A stretch of 64,000 bases of DNA from Bdellovibrionales bacterium (GCA_965219095.1 OZ244719.1:384001-448000); one strand, 5' to 3'; numbered from the stretch's first letter, positions 30,853 through 41,803 are shown. Program-made: numbers and translations. The notes: generated from the sequence alone by a model not told the origin.

Positions 30853-31001
30853 TTGCATATTTGTTACAAATTTGCTGAATCCGATACATTTGTAACAGAT
30901 CTGTTACAAATGTAACAAATATGCAATTTTGTAACAGATATGTTACATTTGTAACAAATATGCAAATTTATAACAAATATGCAACATTCAAACAACATTC
31001 A
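30853..31001. repeat. array of TGTAACA/TGTTACA heptamers with a 30-bp perfect palindrome
   Basis: 7 exact heptamers plus a variant; palindrome at 30885-30914. Confidence 0.85.
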
Positions 31002-31207
31002 AGTCTGTATTTCTTTCAAACAGATTCTTAAAAACGTGCATATATGAAAACAATAGCTTGGTTTTTAGAGAAATTTAAAGAAAACAGATCAATATCTTTA
31101 CTTTATATTACCTAACTGCTCTTTTAATTTAAAAAAGGTCTTTCTAGGAACCCTCAGGATTCTTGTTTTTTCATTCCGCACCTTTTCTTCTCTTTCTTTA
31201 AGATTTT

Positions 31208-32739
31208 GTAACTGCTCACCTACATTGTTCAGTTATCCCTAACTTTAGACCTGTTTTAAGATAAAAGTCTTGCTCTTACAGATTTTCTTTTAAATACTCT
31301 TTTCAAATGACAATAAATAAGACCTCCATCAGAAATGAGATTGAAAATATAAGAAGTGACTTTGATAAGCTTGCAAAGAAAGGTTCTGTGCCTACTGAGA
31401 TTTCTGTGATTGTTGAATCTCTCTTTAAGGTTGTGAACATTCTGATTGTTGTGTTTTTAGAAAAACAGGTTCGAAAAAATTCCAGCAACAGCGGTCTTCC
31501 TCCTTCGCAAGATTTTAGTCGTCAAGGGAATCGTAATAAGAAAGCTAGTGGGAGTCAGAAAAAGGGCTCTAGACTTGATAACAGTAAAGATACAAACAGT
31601 GAGGAGACTGTCTCTCCCTCAGAGTGTTCTCAGTGTGGGATGTGTTTAAAGACAGCAGAGGTAAAAAGCCTTGAGAAGCGTAAAAAGATTGATATTTTTT
31701 ATGAAATTCAGACCCATACTGTAACTTCTGAAGTTAAGGATTGTCCCTCATGTGGAGCTAGAAATAAAGGTCAATTCCCTAAAGGTATGAGTGGTCCTCT
31801 TCAGTATGGTATAGGCATTAGAGCTTCCATCATCAATTTCATTATAGTTCAGATGCTGTCTTTTCAACGTGTTGGGGAACATTACATGGGGCTTATAGGT
31901 CGAATGATTTCTCCTGCAGTTATGTTGAGATACATTGCTGAATTAGGAGAGTTTCTTAAAAGTTGGGAAGAGCAGATGAAAGAAAAGATACTTGAATCAG
32001 AGGTCATTCATGTTGATGAGACCTCTATGAGGGTTAAGGGTAAAAACTACTGGATTCATACTTATAGTTCAGGAGAATTAGTCTTGCAGTTTCTCCACCT
32101 TTCACGTGGAAAGGAAGCCATAAAAGATATTGGTCTCTTGGATAGATATGGAGGAGTGCTTGTGCATGATTGTTGGAGTCCTTACTTTTGTTATGATAAG
32201 ATAACTCATGCTTTGTGTGTGGCTCACCTTTTGAGAGAGCTTAAATTTATAGAAGAAAGCAATGGATTCAAATGGGCTACAAATCTCAAAAAACTTCTTA
32301 AAGAGACTGTGGAGTTAGTTCATAAAAAAGAGTCAAGAGTTCTGACTCAAAAAGAGTACGAAACTCTTCAGAGAAGGTATAGGAGTATTCTTACAAAAGG
32401 CTTAAAAGAGCTTCCAGAATTTCCTAAGAAAAATGGCAAGAAAGGACGAATAAAGCATACACAAGCTCAAAACCTTTGGCTGCGATTTAAAAAGTATGAA
32501 GCAGAAATACTGTACTTTGCTAAAAGAAAGAACGTAGATCCTACTAATAACAGAGCTGAAAGAGATCTAAGAATGACTAAAGTGAAAAAGAAAGTGTCAG
32601 GGTGTTTCAGAACAGAAGAAATGGCGAAATATTTTTGTCGTATTACCAGCTATGTTAAAACAATGAGAAATAAAGGGTATTCTTCTTTAGAAGCCATCTC
32701 TATGGCTTTAAATAAAAACTTACGAGAGTGAGCAGTTAC
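31208..32739 (+). mobile_element. single-ORF IS66 family element (ISBst12-like), copy 1
   Basis: GTAACTGCTCAC IRs; 8-bp TSD AAGATTTT. Confidence 0.93.
31307..32731 (+). CDS. IS66 transposase
   Basis: KNSSNSGLPPS, Zn finger, HVDET, LCVAHLLREL, TNNRAERDLR. Confidence 0.95.
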   Translation: MTINKTSIRNEIENIRSDFDKLAKKGSVPTEISVIVESLFKVVNILIVVFLEKQVRKNSSNSGLPPSQDFSRQGNRNKKASGSQKKGSRLDNSKDTNSEETVSPSECSQCGMCLKTAEVKSLEKRKKIDIFYEIQTHTVTSEVKDCPSCGARNKGQFPKGMSGPLQYGIGIRASIINFIIVQMLSFQRVGEHYMGLIGRMISPAVMLRYIAELGEFLKSWEEQMKEKILESEVIHVDETSMRVKGKNYWIHTYSSGELVLQFLHLSRGKEAIKDIGLLDRYGGVLVHDCWSPYFCYDKITHALCVAHLLRELKFIEESNGFKWATNLKKLLKETVELVHKKESRVLTQKEYETLQRRYRSILTKGLKELPEFPKKNGKKGRIKHTQAQNLWLRFKKYEAEILYFAKRKNVDPTNNRAERDLRMTKVKKKVSGCFRTEEMAKYFCRITSYVKTMRNKGYSSLEAISMALNKNLRE

Positions 32740-32747
32740 AAGATTTT

Positions 32748-32926
32748 AATGTAATACAGCAAATAAAATGAATGTTTTTGAGTTCAATCACCGGAGGTGA
32801 TAGAGGTCAGTAAGGCCTCAAAGAACTCAAAAATACAAGACAGGATGTCTTACTCTTGCTTTGATTAATATGAGCTCTTTTGGGGGATTTCTACTACTTT
32901 TTACCCACAGATTCCCTGGAGGAGCC
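32748..32926 (-). mobile_element. solo left-end remnant of ISL3
   Basis: Matches about 15690-15880, ending CCCACAGATTCCCTGGAGGAGCC. Confidence 0.8.
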
Positions 32927-32931
32927 TATTA

Positions 32932-34450
32932 GCCTCCTCAAAAGAATCTGTGGGTTTCCGGAGGTTCTGGCAGTTTTCCAAGGTTATGATATAAGGCGAT
33001 TTTTATAGCTTTAGAGGTTCTAAAGCCGTAAGATTTTCTCATAGTGAGTTTTACTTTGTTGTTTAAACCCTCTACAATCCCTGAGGAGAAGGTTTTTTTA
33101 GCCTTGAAGTAATTAAGAATAAGTAGCTTATGTCTTCGTATGGTTTTTGCTTCTCTTTTCATAGGTTCAATTTTTGAAAGCATGACTCGTTTCGTCCAAC
33201 TGTCTATAAATTTACCAGCCCAAGTTGGTGAAACATAGGTCCATAACTGTCGGAAGTCTTCTTTTAAAAAATAACAGCGGATACTTTTTAAATTGTACTG
33301 TATTAAATGCCTTAATTTTACTTTCTCATAAGATTTTAAATTTTCTGCATTTTTTAACAAGGGCCATCTAGCTTTTGTTAAAAGGGGTTCATACCCGTCT
33401 TCTTTCATTTTTTTGTGTTCTGAAGCTCTCACTTCGTCTAAAGCCTTATTGAGTCTTGCTACGATATGAAACCGATCTAATATATTCAAAGCTTGACTTG
33501 CCCTTTCCTTTATTACTTTTAAATAGGGCTTCCACATATCAGAACACACAAACTGTATATCTTTTGACTTCTCTCCTAGTAAATCAAAGAATTTTCTAAA
33601 ACTCTTTTCTGTTCTTTTTTCTCCTATCCATAGCAAACGAACACTTTCTTTGCTTATTTCATAGACTAAGGTGAGATACTGATGGTTCTTTTTCCATTGT
33701 ATTTCATCTACACCTATAGCTTGTATTCCCTTTAAAACCCTTTGTTTTAAACCATATTCTACGACCCATTCTACCGAAGCATAGACCTGATTCCAACTGA
33801 CCTGAAACTTACAAGAAACCTCTTTCCAAGACAGGTGACGACACCAGTCAGCTAAGTACTTCATGTAAAAAATTGTTAGGTTTTTCTTCCCATCTGCCCA
33901 AGGTAAATACTCAACTTTTACTCCACAGCAAGAACAATTAACTCTTCTTACAAAATAAACAAAAAACACCCTGTAACTTAAAATAGGAAGGGATTCAAAG
34001 TCCCGTGATGATTTACTGCTGTCATACACTGAACAGGGCTTCTTACAAACACTACAAAAAGCTTGGCCATTTTTACGAGCCTTAATAGGAACATTAATTG
34101 ACTTTCTATCTTTTGAAAAATAAATGTCTTCGTACACAAAAGACTTCCATCTTAAACAATCATTTAGTATAGTCTTCAAAAGCATCTCTTCCCTCCTTTT
34201 TTTTTTTTTGAATAACATTTTAAGGCATCTGGGAAGTAGGTGCTTCTTTTTTAAAATTTTAATGTAACACAGCAAATAAAAGCAAATAAAATGAATGTTT
34301 TTGAGTTCAATCACCGGAGGTGATAGAGGCCAGTAAGGGCCTCAAAGAACTCAAAAATACAAGATAGGATGTCTTACTCTTACTTTGATTAATATGAGCC
34401 TTTTTGGGGGATTTCTACTACTTTTCACCCACAGATTCTTTTGAGGAGGC
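32932..34450 (-). mobile_element. ISL3 element copy 2 (transposase 32938-34185), no TSD
   Basis: Nearly identical to copy 1; both ends read GCCTCCTCAAAAGAATCTGTGGG. Confidence 0.92.
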
Positions 34451-34582
34451 AAAAAAAGAAGTAAGCCCTAAGAACTACTTCTTTTGAATCTAGATAAATT
34501 AATGCTCATCTGCTCTCATAATTGCAAGAAGTCTTGAAACCTCATTTTCATTGGATGGAAGATGCATGTAGAAAAAGTAATT

Positions 34583-35161
34583 TTATTTCTTTTCCGTTCC
34601 TCTGAACTTTTCATAAAAACACTCAACATTATAGATATCAAGAGAAGTGAAAAAAAATTTATCATTCATTGTTGCATTTAAAAACTCACATAACTTGAAT
34701 ATTTGATTATTTTTTATCTCGTAAAGGTGATTTTTGTCTTCTGCTTGCCTTATTTTAGAAACAGGCAAGTTTAAAAAGTCTGCTAATTGCTTTCTCGTTT
34801 TATTTTCTCTCAGCCTCATTTCTTTTATTTTATAAGATATGCAAAATCTAAACATTTTATCTAATTTTTTATTCTTATAGCTTCTGGTCTTGTTTTTTTT
34901 GACTGTAACCACCTTGATGTCATTCAATTTCTCTTGCATTACGAGAAACTTCGTAGCTTTTTTTATATCAATTTTATATAATTTTATTAGACTCATAAGA
35001 GTTTTTTGCGAAAAAGAAGAAAGCCCTCTTTCTAACTTTGAAAGCATATTTACGTTAATATTACTCAAAGCCCTAACTACATCTTCTTGGCTTAAACCAT
35101 TTTTTATCCTTTTGTGTCTAAAATATCTTCCTATGTTTTTATTTTTCGGATTTATTTTCAT
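34583..35161 (-). CDS. tandem XRE-family HTH protein
   Basis: RIKNGLSQEDV...LSKLERG plus a second HTH similar to 63039-63353. Confidence 0.75.
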   Translation of the reverse strand: MKINPKNKNIGRYFRHKRIKNGLSQEDVVRALSNINVNMLSKLERGLSSFSQKTLMSLIKLYKIDIKKATKFLVMQEKLNDIKVVTVKKNKTRSYKNKKLDKMFRFCISYKIKEMRLRENKTRKQLADFLNLPVSKIRQAEDKNHLYEIKNNQIFKLCEFLNATMNDKFFFTSLDIYNVECFYEKFRGTEKK

Positions 35162-35182
35162 ATTTTTTTCTATTCATTAATT

Positions 35183-35599
35183 TTACTTTACTTTGCTTAT
35201 TTGATCTCTGCCTTTTTTCGATAGGCTCAAATAAATTTCAGTTATACCTCTTACAATCATTTCTTCAAAAGAACAAACAATGAACTTATGATAATACATA
35301 GTACGATCTCTTTTCTCATCTTCTGTTTCTTTAGAAATTTTCGGAGCAAGAATAATAATTTGATTGTTTAGAGGATCAAGAAAAACCTCTTCTCTTTCTA
35401 TCTTAGTAGAGAACTCAATTACTATATGTTTATGAAGATCAGATAAAAGATAAATACTTTTATTTTTTTTTGTAAAGCCTTTTTTAAGAGCATTTATAAT
35501 ATTTGTTCTTACAGTTTTATAATGTTGAATATCATTAAATACTTCGTGAGGTAAATAAAACGGATAAAAGCTATAGGCTGCTTTTTTCTTCTTTCCCAT
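35183..35599 (-). CDS. hypothetical protein
   Basis: 138-aa ORF with GGAGG RBS. Confidence 0.55.
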   Translation of the reverse strand: MGKKKKAAYSFYPFYLPHEVFNDIQHYKTVRTNIINALKKGFTKKNKSIYLLSDLHKHIVIEFSTKIEREEVFLDPLNNQIIILAPKISKETEDEKRDRTMYYHKFIVCSFEEMIVRGITEIYLSLSKKGRDQISKVK

Positions 35600-35738
35600 A
35601 ATCCCTCCAAAATTTTAAAATTTAAAACTAAATATATATTAAAGTATATAGTTTGAAAATTTCAAACTAATATGCGTCGCATCATATGTTTGTCGAAAAT
35701 GAAGAGTGTACTCTAATTAAAATATAAAAGGAAATTTT

Positions 35739-36188
35739 ATGAGAAAAAACTCCTTATCAGATAAAGAATGGAATAAGCTTGTCTCTAATTTTTTGAAAGA
35801 GATTTTAACTTTTCACGCTAACAATCATGGGGAATTAGTAAAATTAGCTAAAACTGTAAGTAAGAGCAAAAGTACGCTGACCTACATGAAGAAAAACGGT
35901 AAAGGGCAAATAGTTACATGGGTGAGAATTTTATTCTACACTATAGGTATTAACGATCTTAAAGCACAAAAGATTTTAGAAAGCCCAAAAGCTCTATTTA
36001 AAGGAATAAAAGAACCACCAGTTATTGATATACTTGTTGAAAAGCTAAAAGAAATTTATGATGAAAAACATTTAGCCACTTTATTTCGTATGATGATAAA
36101 AAAAGGTGTTGTAGAGGAATATCATAGTTTAAACAAAAAGAAGAGAAAAAAAGGAAAAAATAAAAAAAGAAATAAGCTGAAAGCCTAG
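35739..36188 (+). CDS. hypothetical, possible HTH regulator (divergent from 35183-35599)
   Basis: LAKTVSKSKSTLTYM HTH-like segment. Confidence 0.5.
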   Translation: MRKNSLSDKEWNKLVSNFLKEILTFHANNHGELVKLAKTVSKSKSTLTYMKKNGKGQIVTWVRILFYTIGINDLKAQKILESPKALFKGIKEPPVIDILVEKLKEIYDEKHLATLFRMMIKKGVVEEYHSLNKKKRKKGKNKKRNKLKA

Positions 36189-36473
36189 TTCTTTTGATGT
36201 TATCTAAGATACACTGTGTCGCTTTTTGAGCTTGTGCAAAAGTTTTAAAGATAACTTTTTTTGATGGAGAGATATTTTTCTTGCTTGACTGACTGGTCAT
36301 CCATATGAGTATGTCAAGAAAAAATCAGTTACACAATTTAATTTACAGTGCCTAAGATATTTAATTCTAATTTTAGATCATACTCAATTTATGTTCTTGT
36401 CAATGAATTAAGCATTTGAAGCAGCATATAATTTTAGGCTACTGCTGAACTCAGGCTACAAATTACAAAAACT

Positions 36474-39400
36474 TTATTGTTCACGGACGACTATTTTATA
36501 GCCTTTAAAGTCTTTTGATCTTTGATACTCAAGCCTCTCAAAAATCTTAATCCATACTTTTTCTCTTAAATGGTCTTCTTTTTTGGCAATTTTATTGAGC
36601 CAATTCGGAGGGTTTTTTGTTAAATTTGTGATCAACTCATTATTTTCAGAAAATGATTGTATATCCATGTGAAAAATATCTTCTACAGAGTCTTTGTCTG
36701 TGTTTTTTGGTGAAAATTGAATAAGTTTCCCCACTTTTGATTTATTTAAGATTAAAGCTTCAGAACGTAGGTTTTTAAGAAAGATTCTAAAAACTGGAAT
36801 CTTGATATCACTAAAACCGTACCATCCAGCAAAGCTCCTTACCTTTTCGATTTTAGAAACAGTTTTTATATTTTTTGGTTTAAATCTTTCTGACCTGTCT
36901 AAATAGGTATAGAAAAATTCATTTGATGTAAGAATAAATATCTCATCCTCTTTAAAGGATTCTTTAGCTTTAAATAATGCAGGATCTAAATCTTTCCCAG
37001 GAATTTTTTCACAACCCTCTGAAATAGCATCAAACAGGCATTGATTTTCTGCAACACAGAGTCCTCTTCCATAGCTCTCTCCCTCTAGTATGTGATGCTG
37101 ATAATCATCTTGAAGAAAGACATCCTTATCAACAACTTGGCTAATACCCATACGTTCTATATCATTTTTAATTACACTTAGTTTACCTATGTATTCCTTT
37201 AAATAACTTTTAAATACGTTACGAACACTTGTATGTTTATGAAAGGGCTTCACTAATTCTTTCTTGAACTCCAAGACCTTGTCTTGGGAAATTATAGCCT
37301 TCCTTTTTTATCTTACTTTATTTTCCATGTACCTTTGAAAGATGCCGTCAAGCAATTTCTCGAATTTCTTGGCATTATTACTAATGTCCTCTGTGGTTAA
37401 AATAGAGTCCCAATTAGCAGGATTTTTCTGTATATCATCTAAGATTTCTTTTAAAGAGTGATGAATATCTACCAAGAGGGACAAGTCCTTTTTTGATAAG
37501 TCTAATTGAGCGTTATTTTGATTCGAATCCGATAGTAGTTGAAGCATTGTAGAAATATAAAACTTTTTCAAATTTGTAGGTGTTTCTGACAACTTGATCT
37601 GTTCTCTTTTTGTTGGATCAAATTCCCACCGACCCCATTGCCAAAAATCTGTGAAGTCGTAGCTTTTTATAGCCGCTAAAAATATAAGTGTAAAATCTTT
37701 GATGTTTCTTGGGGGAAAAATTGATTGTAGAGAATTATAACACTCCAACATTATTGTATTTGGCCTTCTTTTTAAAATTTCACTCATTATCCAGCTAGAT
37801 AAACCAAAAAACATCTCTTTTTGCCTCAAGAAAATCTCATTTTCCATACGAATTTTATCTCTCTGTCCTTCTAGTTTAGATCTTTCTTCTTTATTTAAAG
37901 AACTTTTTTTCAATGTTAATTCTATGCCTTCTTCCTGAAAAGAAAGGGAATCAAAAATATCTAGAGATGTTTCTTTGAATTTTCTAAAGCTTTCGAAATC
38001 ATTATTATCGAAAGATTTTTTAAGTAAGCTTTGAAAAATAAAAAAGAAGAAAACAACAAAGTCTTTCAAACTTTTAAAGTCTGGCTCTTTGTGCGTATCA
38101 TTCCTCCACTTAAATTCAATGTAAATTTCACAAGATTTTCTAAGAGAATCTGCTAATTTATTAACACAGGATTTTCTTAGATTTTCATCGTCTTCTTTCT
38201 TTACCGATTCATAGATAAGAGGTGTGAGAGAGATAAACTCTTGAAACAGTAGATGATCATTTTTTTTAATGGAGTTCCGCAAAATGGCTATGGGTAAATA
38301 CATAACTTTATCTATAATCTTCTGATTGTGACTTTCCGCTGCTGTTTCAATTAAAATTCTTACATCACTAGATAGCCATTGCAACTCATCCCAAGGCCCA
38401 TAAAATGAGAGTCTCTCACTTCGAGAATCTTGAGAGGAGTAATTACCACAGCTTTTTTCAATAGTTTCTAAAAAACTTTCAGCAAGCTCAATATAAAGGC
38501 TTCGAAGCTCTTGTATTTCTCTTAAGTTCTTATTGTAAATCGCATGAGTGAACTGATCTCTAACGCTAGAAATTTCATCGTACACTTCCTTAGTAAAGGT
38601 TTTAAATTCATTCTCTGGAGTAATAGTAAAAGTCTTTGTAACAAGTGATTTGATTTTATTACAGATTGTCTGCTCTTTCACAAGGTTTTTGTCAACACAG
38701 ATTAAACTTTTATCGTCTTCACTAACAATGTCATTAATTTTTTTCATTAGATAGCACTTCTCTTCTCTGAATACTACGTTTCTATGATCACTATCATTAT
38801 CAATGTCTGGCTGGGCTTCTTTTTTAAAGGGAAGCTCTTTTCTTTTTCCTTCTTTTTTTATGACGTCTGAAATTTTTATAAGAGAACTTGTATCAATTCT
38901 GGAGACTATCCCAAGTTTTTCAGAGGAGAAACAATAATAACCTTCTTTATTAATAGGGGAGAATGTTAAGCAAGTTTTTTTAAGTTCTGAAAAGAGATTT
39001 AAGGTATCTTCTCTTTCTTTGATTTCTAAATATATGTTTTTTCTTAAAAGATTTTTAAATAGTTGAGTTCTTTTCTGGAGAAACTTATGTCTAAACAAAA
39101 GCACTGAAATTGTTCTTGTTAAAGAATATATAGTTAAAAGGCCGATTATAAATATAGAAAGTATGCTAAAAACATTCACACTGCCAAAAATAAAAATGAA
39201 GAAAACAAGTATTTCAGCTGTTACAAGAGGGTACAAAAAGCTTTCTTTCAAAAGAACTCGTGCCATATCTTTAGTTCTATTGTCGCGTAAGCTTTCTGCT
39301 ATAAAAATTATTAGTGCAAAAATAATCACTCCAATTCCAGAATGAATTGCAATTAAATTTTGATAATGATTGCTTTCCTGAGATATACATAAAAAATTAA

Positions 39401-39590
39401 AGGAACATGCTAAATGATGTGCATAGTGAGAAAGAACAAAAAAGATGAGAACCATTATAAACACAAAGAAAAATGATTCCCAGGTTGGCATATAAGACTC
39501 AGAAAAAACCCTTTTAAGATATCTTATTATCTTTAAATATATGATTTTGATACGTTGTACTAATTTATGTTCAGTCATATGATGTGTCAC
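36474..39590 (-). pseudogene. large membrane-anchored hypothetical protein split by one in-frame TAA (ORFs 37308-39590 and 36474-37274)
   Basis: About 4 N-terminal TM helices; both ORFs in the same frame, reading KVR*KRKAIISQDKVLEFKK. Confidence 0.65.
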
Positions 39591-39988
39591 TTTTCGATAG
39601 CCATGCTTAGTAAGGATAAGCTCACAAGAACTGATCTTTCAAGAGTAACGCTCTTTTTAACGCAAAGGTTAGGCTAATAGCATACTTTTTTAAGGGATGT
39701 CGTCAATTGATTTGATGTGACAACCTTGCCCCTAAGAAAAGGGTGCGCAAGGGTATCAAGAAAATATGAATTAACAACCAAAACTTCCCTACAAAAGAAA
39801 TTAGAGTTTATTTTTAATCAGAACTATCGTGATTTTCATATGCGTTCGTGTACGGAGTTTTGTCGTGATCAACTAGGTTCAATGTAGGGGAAAAGTCTTA
39901 ACATTCGGGAATAGATGGGTAGGTTAATTTATTATTTTCTTTTTGTTTTTTAGTGATTCTGCAAACTTACAAAAGTTTACAAATCAAG

Positions 39989-40096
39989 TTATAGGAATTC
40001 TTGCAGCAGTTGCCATTCCTGCATTCGATGGGTTTAGAAAAAAAGCACGAAGCGGTGAAGCTAAAACTAACTTAGGGGCTCTTTATACAGCAGAAA
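39989..40096 (+). repeat. 108-bp direct repeat copy 2 (attR of element 1 / attL of element 2)
   Basis: Identical to 27347-27454. Confidence 0.95.
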
Positions 40097-40416
40097 GAGC
40101 CTACTTTTATGAAGATGATAAATATTCAGACGTCCTAGCTACTATAGGATTTGAGAAACCTTCTGGAACACGCCACTACGCTATTGGTTTCACGGGTAAA
40201 GTGGGAGATAATTATTTCGGTGCTGGAACTACTGCCAAGGGTACAGTCACAGCCACACCTGCAACTTCAACAGTAGGAACAACTATGGCTGCTGCTAATT
40301 GCAAAGCAGGTACTTCTACTTTTAAAGCTTGTGCAACTGGAACTACAAATACTTCTGGCGATTGGAGTATAGAGCAGAACAAGGTCCTTGCTGAATGTTC
40401 TAGTAGAGGCTGTTAA
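39991..40416 (+). pseudogene. 5'-truncated, presumably silent type IV pilin cassette, variant B
   Basis: Starts at IGILAAVAIP with no leader, cleavage site or clear RBS; open, divergent C-terminal domain ending AECSSRGC. Confidence 0.92.
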
Positions 40417-40454
40417 TAAATAATCATCCAATAGAACTGTTTAGTTTTGTCTTG

Positions 40455-40490
40455 AAAGAACTCCTCTTTAAAAGAGGGGTTCTTTTTTTT
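40455..40490 (+). terminator. intrinsic terminator after pilin variant B
   Basis: AAAGAACTCCTCTTT / AAAGAGGGGTTCTTT followed by T-run. Confidence 0.8.
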
Positions 40491-40600
40491 GTTTTTCATC
40501 CTCAAAAACCCTTACAAATTTTAAGCCTATCGTGATTTCTTTCATAAGTTTTTCATCCCAAGTTTTCCTGCTAGAACCTTTTTGTCAAAATCTTTACAAT

Positions 40601-41803
40601 TCAACTGCTAGGATCACTTTCCCTTATCCTTAATGAGGACTCATTTAGGGTCTTTTGAGGGTGCGTAAGTGATTTTGTAAGTGATTTCGATTCGTACATG
40701 CTAGCCGTTCTTTCTGCCATATCAGAATTTATTAAAGCTACCGCTTTAGCATACCTTTGAGTCATAGCTTGATCTGTATGCCCAAGACTTGCTTGCACAG
40801 CGGAAAGACTTTTTGTCGCCATAAGTGCCATTGTGGCATAAGTATGACGGCAAATATGAGTCCCTCTCCAAGGAAGATTGCAGGCCTTAAAGGACTTATC
40901 AAAAGCCCAGCGAATGCTTGTATAAGACACCATTTCACCTTCTCTTGAATGAAAGACTAAGGGATTTTCGGGAGACTCACTTTTCATAACCCTTAACAAC
41001 TCCACAAGTCTCTCTGGAAGAACCAAAAGCCTGTTAGATGCTTTCGTTTTAGTGTCTTCACAGAGAGTTATTTTGTTACCTCCCCAATCAGCTGTCCTTA
41101 CCACACGTACAAATTTTTCTTCAAAGACAACTTCTTTCCACAAAAGCCCACAAGCTTCACTCACTCTAGCTCCTGTTAAAATCATAAACTTTGCCAGTCT
41201 ATAATAAACAGGGTTAGATATTTTCTGAAGCTTTTGAAGCCAAAGCTGTATTTCTTCTGGTCTAGCAAAGTAGTCAGGTCGTCTTAGTTTTTGAGTTGTC
41301 TCGTAGCAAATGTCTCTATGCATTTTCACTACAGGAACAACAAAGCTTGGATCAACGTAATTTCTCCACCAGTTTAGAACAGCTACAAGTCGCCTAAACT
41401 CTGTTTTAAAACTCTGTCTTTGTCTACACTTCTTAGTTTTCTTTTGAAACCAAGAAATCCAAAGGCTTATCTCCTTTGCCTTTAAGTCTAACATCTTGAC
41501 TTTATTTAAGGGGCTGTTAACTGAAAGATTTTTCAGATTCAATAAGATTTTTCTCTGGCTGGAAGCTCTCAGTTTAGGCAGATACTCTTTGATGTACTTT
41601 TCTACACAATCGCAAAAAAGCAATTCTTTAAGTTCTTTTTCTTCTATAGTTTCACCTTTTTCAAGGCGATCTTTTTCTCTATCATGCCAAATGTAAGCTT
41701 GAGTTTTGTTTTCAAAAACTTTACTCGAAAGCCTCACTCCTCTGACATACACTTGAGCTTGATAGACGTTCTTTTTTTTTCTTTTAATTTTAGTTACAGA
41801 CAT
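40601..41803 (-). CDS. tyrosine recombinase/integrase 2
   Basis: Same catalytic motifs as integrase 1; near-identical C-terminus. Confidence 0.95.
   Translation of the reverse strand: MSVTKIKRKKKNVYQAQVYVRGVRLSSKVFENKTQAYIWHDREKDRLEKGETIEEKELKELLFCDCVEKYIKEYLPKLRASSQRKILLNLKNLSVNSPLNKVKMLDLKAKEISLWISWFQKKTKKCRQRQSFKTEFRRLVAVLNWWRNYVDPSFVVPVVKMHRDICYETTQKLRRPDYFARPEEIQLWLQKLQKISNPVYYRLAKFMILTGARVSEACGLLWKEVVFEEKFVRVVRTADWGGNKITLCEDTKTKASNRLLVLPERLVELLRVMKSESPENPLVFHSREGEMVSYTSIRWAFDKSFKACNLPWRGTHICRHTYATMALMATKSLSAVQASLGHTDQAMTQRYAKAVALINSDMAERTASMYESKSLTKSLTHPQKTLNESSLRIRESDPSS

Larger units (their letters stand above)
27347..40096. mobile_element. integrative element 1 inserted in pilA (12,642 bp repeat to repeat)
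   Basis: Bounded by 108-bp direct repeats; integrase and xis at the left end. Confidence 0.88.

Noticed and set aside
30853..31001. CRISPR array
   Set aside because: Short repeats in mixed orientation, no unique spacers, no cas genes
34186..34314. 43-aa N-terminal extension of ISL3 transposase copy 2
   Set aside because: Depends on homopolymer length (13 vs 15 T between copies); probably not translated
39943..39990. ORF-track N-terminus MFFSDSANLQKFTNQV as a real pilin start
   Set aside because: No prepilin cleavage motif or clear RBS; it is element sequence that happens to be open upstream of the repeat
27347..40096. Shufflon or invertase-type pilin phase variation
   Set aside because: The repeats are direct, not inverted, and each cassette has its own integrase and xis, so recombination would excise rather than invert
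27347..41803. Assembly artefact duplication
   Set aside because: Sequences beyond the 108 bp (pilin domains, integrase N-termini) differ strongly; long-read confirmation would still be useful
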